A DNA stretch of 64,000 nucleotides from Burkholderiaceae bacterium. GTDB lineage: Bacteria > Pseudomonadota > Gammaproteobacteria > Burkholderiales > Burkholderiaceae_C. The notes beneath the pieces were generated by a model. That model was not told the origin of the DNA and did no database searches. It worked only from the letters and a program-made list of their open reading frames with translations. The translations under genes and the position numbers were made by a program. This document shows, one piece after another, positions 29,187 to 38,922 of this stretch. The stretch is taken from contig SCQQ01000014.1 of assembly GCA_004299095.1 (NCBI GenBank), positions 14,530 through 78,529 of the forward strand, read 5' to 3'. The stretch's first letter is position 1. Every line of letters starts with the position of its first letter.

Positions 29187-29206
29187 GATTTGAAATACTT
29201 TAAATC
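29187..29206. promoter_or_regulatory. AT-rich imperfect palindrome GATTTGAA-ATAC-TTTAAATC about 67 bp upstream of the nnrS start; candidate operator (NsrR-like?)
   Basis: Read directly. 7 of 8 arm positions are complementary. It is the most AT-rich 20-mer in the nnrS upstream region. nnrS genes are commonly under NO-responsive regulators. Confidence 0.3.
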
Positions 29207-29277
29207 AAGCGCGCCACCTGGCGCCAAAACCCCCCGTGCGTCGCGCCCATTGGTGGCCGCGACCCATGCAACCTCCA

Positions 29278-29778
29278 TCAGCCACCGCCCACGCTGTCCG
29301 GGCCATCCGGATTCGGTCCGACCGCCGAGCTGATCACACGCTCATTAGGGCCAAAAACCACGTCGAAGCCCTTGGTTTCATTGGGAGGTTCCAGAAACTT
29401 CCAGGTCCACACGATCTGGTTTTTCAGTTTGTACGGCACCTTGCGCGCCGGTTTGCCCAAAAGCCGCTGCACGGCCTCGGCGTCCATGCCAGGCTGCACG
29501 CGCGCGAAGTTGGCGGGCGTAAGCACCTGCTCCAACGCGGTCATGCGCCCATCGGCACCGATGGTGACCATGTAGTTGCGCACACCCTGGGGCTGGCGGT
29601 CGTATTCGAAAGTACGCGCTCCGCCCGACTCGGGCCAGATGCGCTCGGGCTGGCCCAGGTACTTGATGACGTCGGCCTCGGTCGAAACCCCTACCTTCAA
29701 GTTGTCGAGCGCCGCCTGGTCGCAAGCGCCCAGACTCAACGCCAGACTTGTCAGCAACGCCAAACCCGGTATGCGCAT
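29278..29778 (-). CDS. Lipoprotein with BamE/SmpA-OmlA-like repeats
   Basis: Lipobox LSLGAC after MRIPGLALLTSLA. Motifs GVSTEADVIKYLGQPERIW and GMDAEAVQRLLGKP. ATG 29778 has a GGGAG 7 nt upstream. ATG 29784 and ATG 29799 are alternative starts. Confidence 0.7.
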   Translation of the reverse strand: MRIPGLALLTSLALSLGACDQAALDNLKVGVSTEADVIKYLGQPERIWPESGGARTFEYDRQPQGVRNYMVTIGADGRMTALEQVLTPANFARVQPGMDAEAVQRLLGKPARKVPYKLKNQIVWTWKFLEPPNETKGFDVVFGPNERVISSAVGPNPDGPDSVGGG

Positions 29779-29885
29779 GTGCATGCTCCCACGTTTCATG
29801 AAATTCGCATCGGCCTCGGTAGAATGGGGCCGTCGAGGCGCGGGTGCCGATTGGAGCACCCCAGCGCCTGGCGGGACCGAATGCC

Positions 29886-30143
29886 ATGTTACGTGCCAAT
29901 TTCACCCATCAGCGTCACTATACGTCGGACACCACCGACTTCATCGCGCAGTTGAAACATCAGGACGCCGATCTGGAACAGCGGCAGCGCGCCGGTCGCG
30001 GGCGCCTCTGGGACAAGAAGCTCGATCTCCACCTGGAAGACCAGTTTCAATCGGCGCGCGTGCCACAAACCGCCTATGTTTATTACGAATACGGGCAGCT
30101 CAACGACAGGGCCAGGTCACGGAACTGGTTCATCCTCAAGTAG
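29886..30143 (+). CDS. DUF3460 family small protein (with a C-terminal extension of about 15-20 aa)
   Basis: MLRANFTHQRHYTSDTTDFIAQLKHQDADLEQRQRAGRGRLWDKKLD...ARVPQTAYVYY matches the DUF3460 pattern, which commonly precedes scpA in Burkholderiales. Confidence 0.7.
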   Translation: MLRANFTHQRHYTSDTTDFIAQLKHQDADLEQRQRAGRGRLWDKKLDLHLEDQFQSARVPQTAYVYYEYGQLNDRARSRNWFILK

Positions 30144-30925
30144 CCGTCGCTCGCCTGTACGGCGAGCCGCTGTTCGCGCTACCGCAAGATCTGTACATCC
30201 CGCCGGACGCGCTTGAGGTGTTCCTCGACGCGTTCGAGGGCCCGCTCGACTTGCTGCTGTACGTGATCCGCAAGCAGAATTTCAATATTCTCGACATCCC
30301 GATGGCAGCGGTCACGCGCCAGTACTTGGCGTATATCGAGCAGATTCGCAGCCACAACCTGGAGCTGGCGGCCGAATACCTGGTGATGGCGGCGATGCTG
30401 ATTGAAATCAAGTCGCGCATCCTGCTGCCGCCGAAGAAAACAGCCGTCGATCAGGAGCCCGAGGATCCACGCGCCGAGCTGGCGCGGCGCCTGCTGGAAT
30501 ACGAACAGATCAAGCTCGCCGCGGCACGGTTGGATGCCGTGCCGCAACTCGGGCGCGACTTTCTCGCGGCGCGGATTTACGTCGAACAGGCGATGGCGCC
30601 GCGCCTGCCGGAGGTGACACCCCTTGATTTGCAAGATGCCTGGGCCGGACTCATGCGCCGCGCGCAAATCCTGCAGCGCCACACGATCACGCGCGCCACC
30701 CTGAGCGTACGCGAACACATGGGCATGATCCTGAAGACGTTGCGCACGCGCCCTGTCTCGATTTTCGAGGACCTGTTCGACGTGGCGCACGGCGTGCAGG
30801 GCATGGTGGTGACGTTGATGGCACTGCTGGAGCTCTCGCGGGAAAAACTGGTGCAAGTGGTTCAGGCGGAAGCGTATGCGCCCATTTACGTGCACCTCGG
30901 CATGACGGCGACGGCCAGTGACTGA
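30125..30925 (+). CDS. scpA: Segregation and condensation protein A (ScpA); start codon unresolved
   Basis: ARLYGEPLFALPQDLYIPPDALEVFLDAFEGPLDLLLYVIRKQNFNILDIPMA is the conserved ScpA N terminus. There is no in-frame ATG/GTG/TTG near it. The 5' coordinate given is a CTG and is only a placeholder. Confidence 0.8.
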   Translation: MVHPQVAVARLYGEPLFALPQDLYIPPDALEVFLDAFEGPLDLLLYVIRKQNFNILDIPMAAVTRQYLAYIEQIRSHNLELAAEYLVMAAMLIEIKSRILLPPKKTAVDQEPEDPRAELARRLLEYEQIKLAAARLDAVPQLGRDFLAARIYVEQAMAPRLPEVTPLDLQDAWAGLMRRAQILQRHTITRATLSVREHMGMILKTLRTRPVSIFEDLFDVAHGVQGMVVTLMALLELSREKLVQVVQAEAYAPIYVHLGMTATASD

Positions 30926-31012
30926 CCGTTCCCGCTCGCGTGCTGTGCCCGTGACTCACCGCTTGCAGCCACCCAGAAAAAAGCGCGCGCACTACGGCAC
31001 CGATACCCGTCC

Positions 31013-31918
31013 ATGAAGCGCGTCAGCCCGAATCGGAACGCCTTGCTCGCCCTCGCGATCCTGGTGGTCGTCTGGGGCTACAGCTGGATTGTGATCAAGC
31101 AAGTCACGCCGTACATTGGGCCGTTTGATTTCGTTGCGCTGCGCTTTGGACTTGCGACGGTCGTGCTGCTGGCCGTGCTGCTGGTTCGGCGCGAATCGCT
31201 CAAGCCAACGCCGCTGGCCTACACCATTGCAGTGGGCGCCACGCAAACCGCCGCCATGCAGGCGCTGTCGCAATGGGCGCTGGTGAGCGGCGGCGCCGGG
31301 CACGTTTCCATCTTGGCGTACACCATGCCGTTTTGGTCGGTGCTGTTTGCGTGGTGGCTGTTGCGCGAGCGCCCGAACCCGCACCAGTGGTTCGGCATCG
31401 TGCTCGCCGTGGGCGGGCTGATTTGCATTCTCGAGCCCTGGCACGGGCTCGGCGGCTGGCAAAGCTCCGCATTGGCGATCGCGGCCGGTGCCAGTTGGGC
31501 ACTGGGGATCATCCTCGCCAAGCGCATGTTCGAGCGCTATCACCCGCCGCTCCTGGCGTTCACGTTTTGGCAATTGCTGTTCGGGTCGATCTTCCTGGCA
31601 GCCACGGCACTGCTCACGCCGTCCAAGCCGATCCAATGGACGTCCGGGTTGGTCTGGGGCCTGCTGTACGCCGCCGTTCCCGCCTCGGCATTCGCCTGGG
31701 CGCTCTGGTCGTTCGTGATCGATTGCTTGCCGGCGACGATTGCCAGTTTGTCGAGCTTGGGCGTGCCGATCAGCGCCATTCTGCTGGCCTGGATCATTCT
31801 CGGGGAACGGCCGGACCGGTTCGAGCTCCTGGGCGTGGTGCTGATCGTCTTGGGTTTGGTCGCGATCAGCGGCATCGGTCGTCGACCAGGTGCCAAATTC
31901 ACGCCACGGCGGGCGTAA
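31013..31918 (+). CDS. EamA/DMT family transporter
   Basis: 10-TM protein with two EamA repeats (ALLALAILVVVWGYSWIVIK...). Confidence 0.8.
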   Translation: MKRVSPNRNALLALAILVVVWGYSWIVIKQVTPYIGPFDFVALRFGLATVVLLAVLLVRRESLKPTPLAYTIAVGATQTAAMQALSQWALVSGGAGHVSILAYTMPFWSVLFAWWLLRERPNPHQWFGIVLAVGGLICILEPWHGLGGWQSSALAIAAGASWALGIILAKRMFERYHPPLLAFTFWQLLFGSIFLAATALLTPSKPIQWTSGLVWGLLYAAVPASAFAWALWSFVIDCLPATIASLSSLGVPISAILLAWIILGERPDRFELLGVVLIVLGLVAISGIGRRPGAKFTPRRA

Positions 31919-32006
31919 CGCGAACGCACCGGGTCAGCCACAAACCGCGCCGAACGCGGTACGAAAATCCGGCAGCCGCGGCGCCCCGGGCTGCTGGCGG
32001 CCAGCG

Positions 32007-33032
32007 CTACAACATCTCGCCCTTGGGATCGCGCCCCATGAGCGCCACCAGCGCTTCGACCGGCCTGAGATGGCCTTCCAGCAGCGCCAGAACGCATTCG
32101 GAGATTGGCATTTCCACGCCGGCGAGGCGCGCGCGCTGCACCACGGTATGCGCGCTGTACGCGCCCTCGGCCACGTGGCCGAGCGAAGCCAGCACCTGAC
32201 CGAGCGATTCACCACCCGCCAGCAAAAAACCCACGCGCCGGTTGCGACTCAGGTCGCCGGTGGCAGTGAGCACCAGATCGCCCATACCCGAGAGCCCCAT
32301 GAAGGTCCGTTCTTGCGCCCCCAGGGCCACGCCAAAGCGCGCCATTTCGGCCAGGCCGCGCGTGATCAACGCCGCGCGCGCATTCAGCCCGAGCTTCATC
32401 CCATCGGCCAGTCCGGCGGCAATGGCCAACACATTCTTGACGGCGCCACCCACCTCCACGCCGATCAAATCGTCGTTCACGTAAACGCGCAGCGTCGGCC
32501 CGTGAAACGCAGCCACCAGGGCATGGTGCACGGCCGCGTCGCGACTGGCCGCGACGATGGCCGTGGGCTGACCGCGTGCGACTTCCTGCGCGAAACTGGG
32601 ACCGCTCAGCGCGCCGGCGTGCAGGTGCGGCGCCACCGCCTGCTGTACTTCGTGCGGAAGCAACCCTGCGGCCGCTGCCCGGCCACCTTCCGCCACGGCT
32701 TCGAAGCCCTTGCACAGCCAGGCCACGGGCATTTGCGCGTCGCGCACCAGCGTCAAGGTGGCGCGCAGTCCGGCCACGGGCGTGGCAATCACCAGCAGGT
32801 CGGCCTGCGGCACCGCCGCCAGCAGTTCCGCGGGCGCGCCGCTGCGCAACTTCAACGTGTGTGGCAGCGGAATGCCGGGCAGGTAGCGCGCGTTCTCACG
32901 CGTGGCGTCCATGGCTTCGGCCTGTGCGCGGTCACGCGCCCACAACACCACGTCATGCGCGGCCGGGCTGCGCGCCGCGTTGACCGCCAGCGCGGTGCCC
33001 CAAGCGCCGGCACCAATGACGATGATCCTCAT
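32007..33032 (-). CDS. gpsA: NAD(P)H-dependent glycerol-3-phosphate dehydrogenase
   Basis: [17 protein letters not shown] Rossmann start; ...[31 protein letters not shown]. Start at ATG 33032, not the ORF-track start at 33260. Confidence 0.9.
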   Translation of the reverse strand: MRIIVIGAGAWGTALAVNAARSPAAHDVVLWARDRAQAEAMDATRENARYLPGIPLPHTLKLRSGAPAELLAAVPQADLLVIATPVAGLRATLTLVRDAQMPVAWLCKGFEAVAEGGRAAAAGLLPHEVQQAVAPHLHAGALSGPSFAQEVARGQPTAIVAASRDAAVHHALVAAFHGPTLRVYVNDDLIGVEVGGAVKNVLAIAAGLADGMKLGLNARAALITRGLAEMARFGVALGAQERTFMGLSGMGDLVLTATGDLSRNRRVGFLLAGGESLGQVLASLGHVAEGAYSAHTVVQRARLAGVEMPISECVLALLEGHLRPVEALVALMGRDPKGEML

Positions 33033-33094
33033 GCGATCCCCCCTCTCCGCAATGCACGCGCAGGAACCGCGCCGCCGCCGCGCGGCGCAACGGT

Positions 33095-33562
33095 TTACTG
33101 CGTGGTCTGAGGCGCGGGCGCTGCGCTGTTCGGCGCCGCCTGCTGCTGGTCGTACATCGACTGAAAGTTGATTTCGGCCAGATGCACCGGCGGAAAGCCG
33201 CCACGTTGAATCAGATCGGCCACGTTGCCGCGCAGATACGGATAAACGATCTGCGGGCACGCCACGCCCAGCAGCAGCCCCATCTGGTCGTCGGGAACGT
33301 GGCGGATTTCAAAAATGCCGGCTTGCTTGCACTCGCACAGAAACACGGTCTTGTCGGCAATCTTGGTTTGCACGGTGACGCTGACCGTGACCTCGACCAC
33401 CCCGTCGGCCAGATGCTCGGCGCCTACGCCGATGTTGATTTCGACCGTCGGCTTTTCCTGGTTCAGGAATATCGCCGGGGAGTTGGGCTGCTCCAGGGAG
33501 GCATCTTTCAGGTAAACGCGCTGAATCGCAAAGACTGGGGTTTCTTCTGCCATGGTTTCCAT
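33095..33562 (-). CDS. secB: Protein-export chaperone SecB
   Basis: [24 protein letters not shown]...[35 protein letters not shown] 33562 chosen; ATG 33553 is also possible. Confidence 0.9.
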   Translation of the reverse strand: METMAEETPVFAIQRVYLKDASLEQPNSPAIFLNQEKPTVEINIGVGAEHLADGVVEVTVSVTVQTKIADKTVFLCECKQAGIFEIRHVPDDQMGLLLGVACPQIVYPYLRGNVADLIQRGGFPPVHLAEINFQSMYDQQQAAPNSAAPAPQTTQ

Positions 33563-33630
33563 CAATCCATAAAAAGCGCCCTGCTCCGGACCATTCCTGC
33601 GCGGCGCGTGACCTCACGAAAAGCAACCGC

Positions 33631-33888
33631 TCAACCAGCGAGCAGCGCGTCGAGAGCGCCGCGCCGGTCCAACGCCATCAGATCGTCGCAGCCGCCCACG
33701 TGCTGACCGCCAATGAAAATCTGCGGCACCGTGTGCCGGCCGGTGATCTCCATCATGCGCTCGCGTTGGCCAGGCTCGAGATCCACCCGAATCTCCTCGA
33801 CGTCCCGTACGCCCTTCTTGGCCAGCAACTGCTTGGCACGCAGGCAATAGGGGCAGGTTCCGGTCGTATACATCTTGACCACCGACAT
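33631..33888 (-). CDS. grxC: Glutaredoxin 3
   Basis: MSVVKMYTTGTCPYCLRAKQLL...TVPQIFIGGQHVGGCDDL has the CPYC active site. Confidence 0.92.
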   Translation of the reverse strand: MSVVKMYTTGTCPYCLRAKQLLAKKGVRDVEEIRVDLEPGQRERMMEITGRHTVPQIFIGGQHVGGCDDLMALDRRGALDALLAG

Positions 33889-33928
33889 CTCACATGACTC
33901 CTTCAATTCACGGTTCCGGCCTGGCAAT

Positions 33929-34333
33929 TCAGGCCGACTCGACGGGCAAATCGGCATCGCGCCAGGATTTCAGCCCGCCATTCAGCGATTGCGCCTGGTC
34001 GTAGCCCAGCTTTCGCGCAATCGCGACGGCTCGCCCCGATCGTCCGCCGGTCTGGCACACCAGGATGAGCGGAACGGTCTTGTTCTTCACGACTGTTGTC
34101 AGGCGCTCCTGAAGCTGGGCAAACGGCACGCTCTTGGCGCCAACGACGTGGCCCGCGCTGTATTCGGCCGGCTCGGACACGTCGACCACGATGGCGCGTT
34201 CGCGATTGATGAGCTGCACCGCCGCCAGCGGCGTCACGCTGGCGGATCCGCCGCGCAACAGGGGCCACGCCAGCATCGCGCCAGAAATCAGTGCCACCAA
34301 GATGAACACCCAATTGGCGAGCAAGAATTCCAT
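33929..34333 (-). CDS. Rhodanese-like domain protein with an N-terminal membrane anchor
   Basis: TM segment MEFLLANWVFILVALISGAML, then a rhodanese domain with the active-site loop VCQTGGRSGRA. Confidence 0.85.
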   Translation of the reverse strand: MEFLLANWVFILVALISGAMLAWPLLRGGSASVTPLAAVQLINRERAIVVDVSEPAEYSAGHVVGAKSVPFAQLQERLTTVVKNKTVPLILVCQTGGRSGRAVAIARKLGYDQAQSLNGGLKSWRDADLPVESA

Positions 34334-34504
34334 GGGACCGACTTTCTTCAAGACAACCGTACGGGAATGCTCTGCGCCACGCCAACGGAAGTACCGCACG
34401 CGATGCACAGACAGAACCCATTATTTTAAAATAAGCGCTTTGCGTTGCGCGCGCTGCAAGGCGGCTTGTGCAACCGGCTTTCGAGAAGCGCTTCCCACCT
34501 GTCC

Positions 34505-35230
34505 ATGCACACACTCGTTTTGCTCCGCCACGGCGAATCCACCTGGAACTTGGAGAACCGCTTTACCGGCTGGACGGATATCGACCTCACGCCCACCGGC
34601 AGCGCGCAAGCGCGCGCGGCCGGCCGCGCGCTCAAGGCCGCGCGCTACGATTTCGACTTGGCCTACACCAGCGTTCTCAAGCGCGCCATTCGAACGCTGG
34701 CGCTGGCGCTGGACGAAATGGATCGCCTCTGGCTGCCGGTGACCAAGGACTGGCGCTTGAACGAGCGTCATTACGGTGCCCTGCAAGGGCTCAACAAGGC
34801 CGAAACGGCGGCGCGCTATGGCGACCCGCAAGTCTTCGCCTGGCGGCGCAGCTATTCGACCCGTCCGCCTGCGCTGGAGCCCACCGATCCGCGCAGCGAG
34901 CGCACCGATCCGCGCTATGCCGGCGTGAACCAGGTGCCGCTCACCGAATGCCTGCAAGACACGGTGGCGCGCGTGCTGCCCTTCTGGAACCAGTCGATCG
35001 CGCCCGCCATTGCCAGCGGCAAGCGCGTGCTGATCGCGGCGCACGGGAACTCCATCCGCGCGCTGGTAAAGTATTTGGATCAAATCTCGGACGCGGACAT
35101 CACGAGCGTCAACATCCCCAACGGCATCCCCCTGGTGTACGAGCTCGACACGGGCCTGAAACCGATCCGGCATTACTATCTCGGCGGCGGCGACGTCAGA
35201 GCCGACGCCGCAATCGCGGCCACGGCATGA
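34505..35230 (+). CDS. gpmA: 2,3-bisphosphoglycerate-dependent phosphoglycerate mutase
   Basis: [29 protein letters not shown]...RSYSTRPP...[14 protein letters not shown]. Confidence 0.92.
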   Translation: MHTLVLLRHGESTWNLENRFTGWTDIDLTPTGSAQARAAGRALKAARYDFDLAYTSVLKRAIRTLALALDEMDRLWLPVTKDWRLNERHYGALQGLNKAETAARYGDPQVFAWRRSYSTRPPALEPTDPRSERTDPRYAGVNQVPLTECLQDTVARVLPFWNQSIAPAIASGKRVLIAAHGNSIRALVKYLDQISDADITSVNIPNGIPLVYELDTGLKPIRHYYLGGGDVRADAAIAATA

Positions 35231-35342
35231 GCGGCAACGCCAGGCCAGGCAAGCGGCGCAACGCGCTGAATTTTCAGCCCACTGCCTGATCAATGACATC
35301 GTTCTCTCCTTACATGGACTATTTTCAAAGGTAATCTGCGCC

Positions 35343-36788
35343 ATGGGTCACAAAACCAAGATTGCGGGTTGGATCGCTGTCGGCGCACTGGCTGGAGCGC
35401 TCGCCACGTTCTCCATCCAGACCGCCGCGCGCACCGATCTGTCGCCGCTGCCGCTGGAGCAACTGCAGCAGTTCGCCGCTGTGTTCGCGATGATCAAGAG
35501 CGATTACGTCGAGCCGGTGGACGAAAAGAAGCTCATCGACGACGCCATTTCCGGCATGGTCTCCGGCCTTGATCCGCATTCCCAATACTTCAACGCCAAG
35601 GACTACAAGGAATTCCGCGAAAGCACCACCGGCCGCTTCGTCGGGGTCGGCATCGAAATCACGCAGGAAGACGGCCTGCTGCGCGTGATCTCACCCATCG
35701 AGGGCTCGCCCGCCGATCGCGCCGGACTGAAGCCGGGCGACCTGATCACCAAGGTGGGCGACATGGCGGTCAAGGGCCTGACATTGAGCGAGTCCGTCAA
35801 GCGCATTCGCGGCAAACCGGGCACCAAGGTCACGCTCACGATTTTCCGCCGCGATGAAAACCGCACCTTCCCGGTGACGCTCACGCGCGAGGAAATCCGC
35901 ACCCATTCGGTCAAGGGCAAGATCGTCGAGCCCGGCTACGGTTGGTTGCGCATTTCGCAATTCCAGGACAGCACCGTGCGCGATTTCGTGGCCAAGCTGA
36001 AAGAGCTTTACAAGCAAGACCCGAACCTGAAGGGTCTGGTGCTCGACTTGCGCAATGACCCGGGCGGTCTGCTGGATGCCGCGGTCGCCGTGTCGTCCGC
36101 ATTCTTGCCGGAAGGCGCCGTGGTCGTGACCACCAAGGGCCAGATCTCCGAAAGCAACGAGGTTTACAAGGCCATCCCGGAAGATTACACGCGCCGTGGC
36201 GCCGCCGATCCGCTCAAGGGCCTGCCCGCGGCGCTCAAGACCGTGCCGATGGTGGTGCTGGTCAATGGCGGCTCGGCGTCGGCCAGCGAAATCGTCTCCG
36301 GCGCGCTGCAGGACAACCATCGCGCGATCATCATGGGCAGCCAGACCTTCGGCAAGGGGTCGGTGCAAACCGTGCGTCCGCTGGGTCCCGATACGGCGCT
36401 CAAGTTGACGACGGCGCGCTACTACACGCCCAATGGCAAATCGATCCAGACCATCGGCATCGTGCCGAACATCATGGTCGACGACACCGCCAACGGCAGC
36501 CCGTTCGCCGTGCTGCGCCTGCGCGAAGCTGACCTGGAGCACCATTTGAGCGGCCCGAGCCCGAACAAGGAAGACCAGAATCTCGAGCAGGAGCGCGAGC
36601 AGGCCATCAAGAAGCTGGAAGAACAGTCCAAGACGACGCAGGCAGAAAACCGCCCGCCGGAATACGGCAGCGCCAAGGACTTCCCGCTCGAACAAGCCCT
36701 CAACCAGCTTGAAGGCAAGCCCGTGAAAGTGAGCAAGACGCTCACCGAGCGCGCAGAAACCAAGGCCGACGACAAGAAGAGCGACTGA
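35343..36788 (+). CDS. Carboxy-terminal processing peptidase (S41 family, Ctp/Prc-like)
   Basis: PDZ domain (GSPADRAGLKPGDLITKVG). S41 catalytic region VLVNGGSASASEIVSGALQD...GSQTFGKGSVQ. Confidence 0.9.
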   Translation: MGHKTKIAGWIAVGALAGALATFSIQTAARTDLSPLPLEQLQQFAAVFAMIKSDYVEPVDEKKLIDDAISGMVSGLDPHSQYFNAKDYKEFRESTTGRFVGVGIEITQEDGLLRVISPIEGSPADRAGLKPGDLITKVGDMAVKGLTLSESVKRIRGKPGTKVTLTIFRRDENRTFPVTLTREEIRTHSVKGKIVEPGYGWLRISQFQDSTVRDFVAKLKELYKQDPNLKGLVLDLRNDPGGLLDAAVAVSSAFLPEGAVVVTTKGQISESNEVYKAIPEDYTRRGAADPLKGLPAALKTVPMVVLVNGGSASASEIVSGALQDNHRAIIMGSQTFGKGSVQTVRPLGPDTALKLTTARYYTPNGKSIQTIGIVPNIMVDDTANGSPFAVLRLREADLEHHLSGPSPNKEDQNLEQEREQAIKKLEEQSKTTQAENRPPEYGSAKDFPLEQALNQLEGKPVKVSKTLTERAETKADDKKSD

Positions 36789-36919
36789 TCCGTGCACTGC
36801 CCCTCGGCGCTGAGGCGAAAAGCGCCCGCCGCCGGGCCAGACCTTGCGGCCACGCCGCACTTCCGTATCACGGCGTGCGCTCCGGTCATCGGACGGTGCG
36901 CACGCACCACCCGCAATCC

Positions 36920-37693
36920 ATGAACGATCAGCAACTGCTGCGCTATTCGCGCCACATCCTGCTGGATGAGCTGGGCATCGAGGGACAGGAAAAACTGCTG
37001 CGCGCGCACGCCCTCATCCTGGGCGCGGGCGGCCTCGGATCGCCGGCCGCGCTTTACCTCGCCAGTGCCGGCGTCGGTCACTTGACATTGGTCGACGACG
37101 ACCACGTCGATCTGACCAATCTGCAGCGCCAGATCATGCACACCGAGGCCAGCGTGGGCGCGGCCAAAACCGACTCGGCGCGGCGCGCGATCGCCGCCCT
37201 GAACCACGAAATCCGCGTGGAGACCGTGCAGCAGCGCGCGGACGCCGCGCTGCTTGAAAGACTGGTGGCCGAGGCCGACGTGGTGCTCGATTGCGGCGAC
37301 AACTTCGCCACGCGCCAGGCGCTGAACGCGGCCTGCGTCCGGCACCGCCGTCCGTTGGTGTCGGGCGCCGCCATCCGCTTCGATGGTCAGATAGCGGTGT
37401 TTGATTTGCGCCAGCCGGATTCGCCGTGCTACGCGTGCGTTTTCCCGCCGACGCAGGAAGTCGTCGACGCCGCGTGTGCGCTCATGGGTGTGTTTGCGCC
37501 GCTGGTGGGCATCATCGGGTCGATTCAGGCTGCGGAAGCGATCAAGCTCCTCACCGGAACCGGGAAAACGCTCGCGGGCCGCATGCTCATGGTGAACCTG
37601 CTCGAAAGCGAATTCACCACGGTGCGAATCGAGCGCCAAAGCCATTGCCCGGTGTGCCAGAGGGAACTCGGTGTGCCCGACAACGGTGCCTGA
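36920..37693 (+). CDS. moeB: Molybdopterin-synthase adenylyltransferase MoeB / ThiF-HesA family protein
   Basis: MNDQQLLRYSRHILLDELGIEGQEKLLRAHALILGAGGLGSPAALYLASAGVG...CYAC...CPVC. Confidence 0.8.
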   Translation: MNDQQLLRYSRHILLDELGIEGQEKLLRAHALILGAGGLGSPAALYLASAGVGHLTLVDDDHVDLTNLQRQIMHTEASVGAAKTDSARRAIAALNHEIRVETVQQRADAALLERLVAEADVVLDCGDNFATRQALNAACVRHRRPLVSGAAIRFDGQIAVFDLRQPDSPCYACVFPPTQEVVDAACALMGVFAPLVGIIGSIQAAEAIKLLTGTGKTLAGRMLMVNLLESEFTTVRIERQSHCPVCQRELGVPDNGA

Positions 37694-37757
37694 CCGTCCG
37701 CCGCGACTACGCCGCATCAGACCGATAAACTGGGGCTTTGCGCAGCCGAGGTTCGCC

Positions 37758-38093
37758 ATGAAGACCACGCCCCATTCTCAAAGCAAAAGCGAGCAACCGC
37801 TTGCGGACGCCGCCTCCGCCGCCGCGGATCAACCGACTGAAGCTCTCTCCGACAAAACCGCCCGTTTGCAGGATGACGTCGGCCACATGGTGCAGGCACT
37901 CAGCGAACAGGTGGCCGAACTGGCGCGCGAAGCCAGGCGCCTGAGCATCAAAAAAAGCAGCACCACGCAGGACGCGTTGGCGGTGTTGGCCGACGAATGC
38001 AGCGCTTACGTCCGGGAGAAACCGCTGCAATCAGTGGCGATTGCTGCAGCGACGGGCGCCCTGTTCGCACTGCTGCTCGGCCGGCGCGATTGA
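37758..38093 (+). CDS. DUF883 (ElaB/YqjD/YgaM-like) tail-anchored membrane protein
   Basis: Coiled-coil N-terminal part and the C-terminal motif VREKPLQSVAIAAATGALFALLLGRR. Confidence 0.75.
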   Translation: MKTTPHSQSKSEQPLADAASAAADQPTEALSDKTARLQDDVGHMVQALSEQVAELAREARRLSIKKSSTTQDALAVLADECSAYVREKPLQSVAIAAATGALFALLLGRRD

Positions 38094-38158
38094 ACGGGCG
38101 TGCCACCACGGGCGGTCCCACCACCCGACTGCCGCACGCTTGCGGCGATGTTCATGCA

Positions 38159-38740
38159 TCAGCGCAACGGGTACGGTGCGACGTTCAACGGATAGGGTGC
38201 AACCCCGAGCGAATTGTCGGGAACGAAACCTGTGGACGGCCGCGTCCGGTCGCGGTGCCAATCGCGGCGCGGGTACGGACGGGCATAAGGCGGTGGCTGC
38301 ACCACCACGATCTCTTCGGGCGCAGGCTGCCCGCAGGCCAGCGCGGCATTGGCACGTGCCGTGCGAATCTGCTCGTCGCTAGCGCCGGCCGTGCCGGCGC
38401 GGAAAGCCGCTTCCTTGCGTGCCTCGCTGCATTCCCGCGACTCGGATGGCACAGGTACAGGTCGGGCCTGGGCACGCTCCCGATCTTGTTCCAGCCGAAT
38501 GCGGTCACGCTCCAGCGCCAGCTCCTCGCGCTGCAGCTCACGCGCGCGCCTGGCATCCGCGCGCTCGGCGTCGGCACGTATTTCTTCCGGCGTGAGCGCT
38601 GGCACCACCGCGTGTCCCCCGGCGCAGGGCTGATCGGTGTAGAGCGTTCGGCCGCTGGCGGCATCGGTGCAGCGGAACGCCTGTGCGCTCACCCACAACG
38701 GCAGCAAGAGGGCGGCTGCCCCCAGAATCAGTCGAAACAT
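38159..38740 (-). CDS. DUF4124 domain secreted protein
   Basis: Signal peptide MFRLILGAAALLLPLWVSAQA, then FRCTDAASGRTLYTDQPC (DUF4124 pattern). Charged Arg/Glu-rich middle. C-terminal tandem VAPYPL-N-VAPYPL. Confidence 0.65.
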   Translation of the reverse strand: MFRLILGAAALLLPLWVSAQAFRCTDAASGRTLYTDQPCAGGHAVVPALTPEEIRADAERADARRARELQREELALERDRIRLEQDRERAQARPVPVPSESRECSEARKEAAFRAGTAGASDEQIRTARANAALACGQPAPEEIVVVQPPPYARPYPRRDWHRDRTRPSTGFVPDNSLGVAPYPLNVAPYPLR

Positions 38741-38922
38741 ACGCACCTCCGTGCCCATCATCGGCTCCGGTTGCCGGGATCGCGTGCCACCGCGACTGGG
38801 CCATCCGTACCAGGCCGCGCAGTCGCCGCAGGAATGTTGCCGACCCCGACTGTTCATTTTGCCGCACGATGCGAAACCTGTCGTGGCCCGCGGGCGTATC
38901 CGATTGACGCCACAATGGCGCC

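Noticed and set aside
29187-29206. FNR/NNR/DNR-type box upstream of nnrS.
   Set aside because: TTGA and TCAA elements are present, but they are separated by 11 nt rather than fitting TTGAT-N4-ATCAA. The site is kept only as a generic palindrome or possible NsrR-like site.
30100-30145. Programmed -1 frameshift joining DUF3460 to ScpA (the scpA frame is -1 relative to DUF3460).
   Set aside because: There is no slippery X-XXY-YYZ heptamer or downstream pseudoknot-like structure near the junction. A non-canonical start, reinitiation or a sequence error is more parsimonious.
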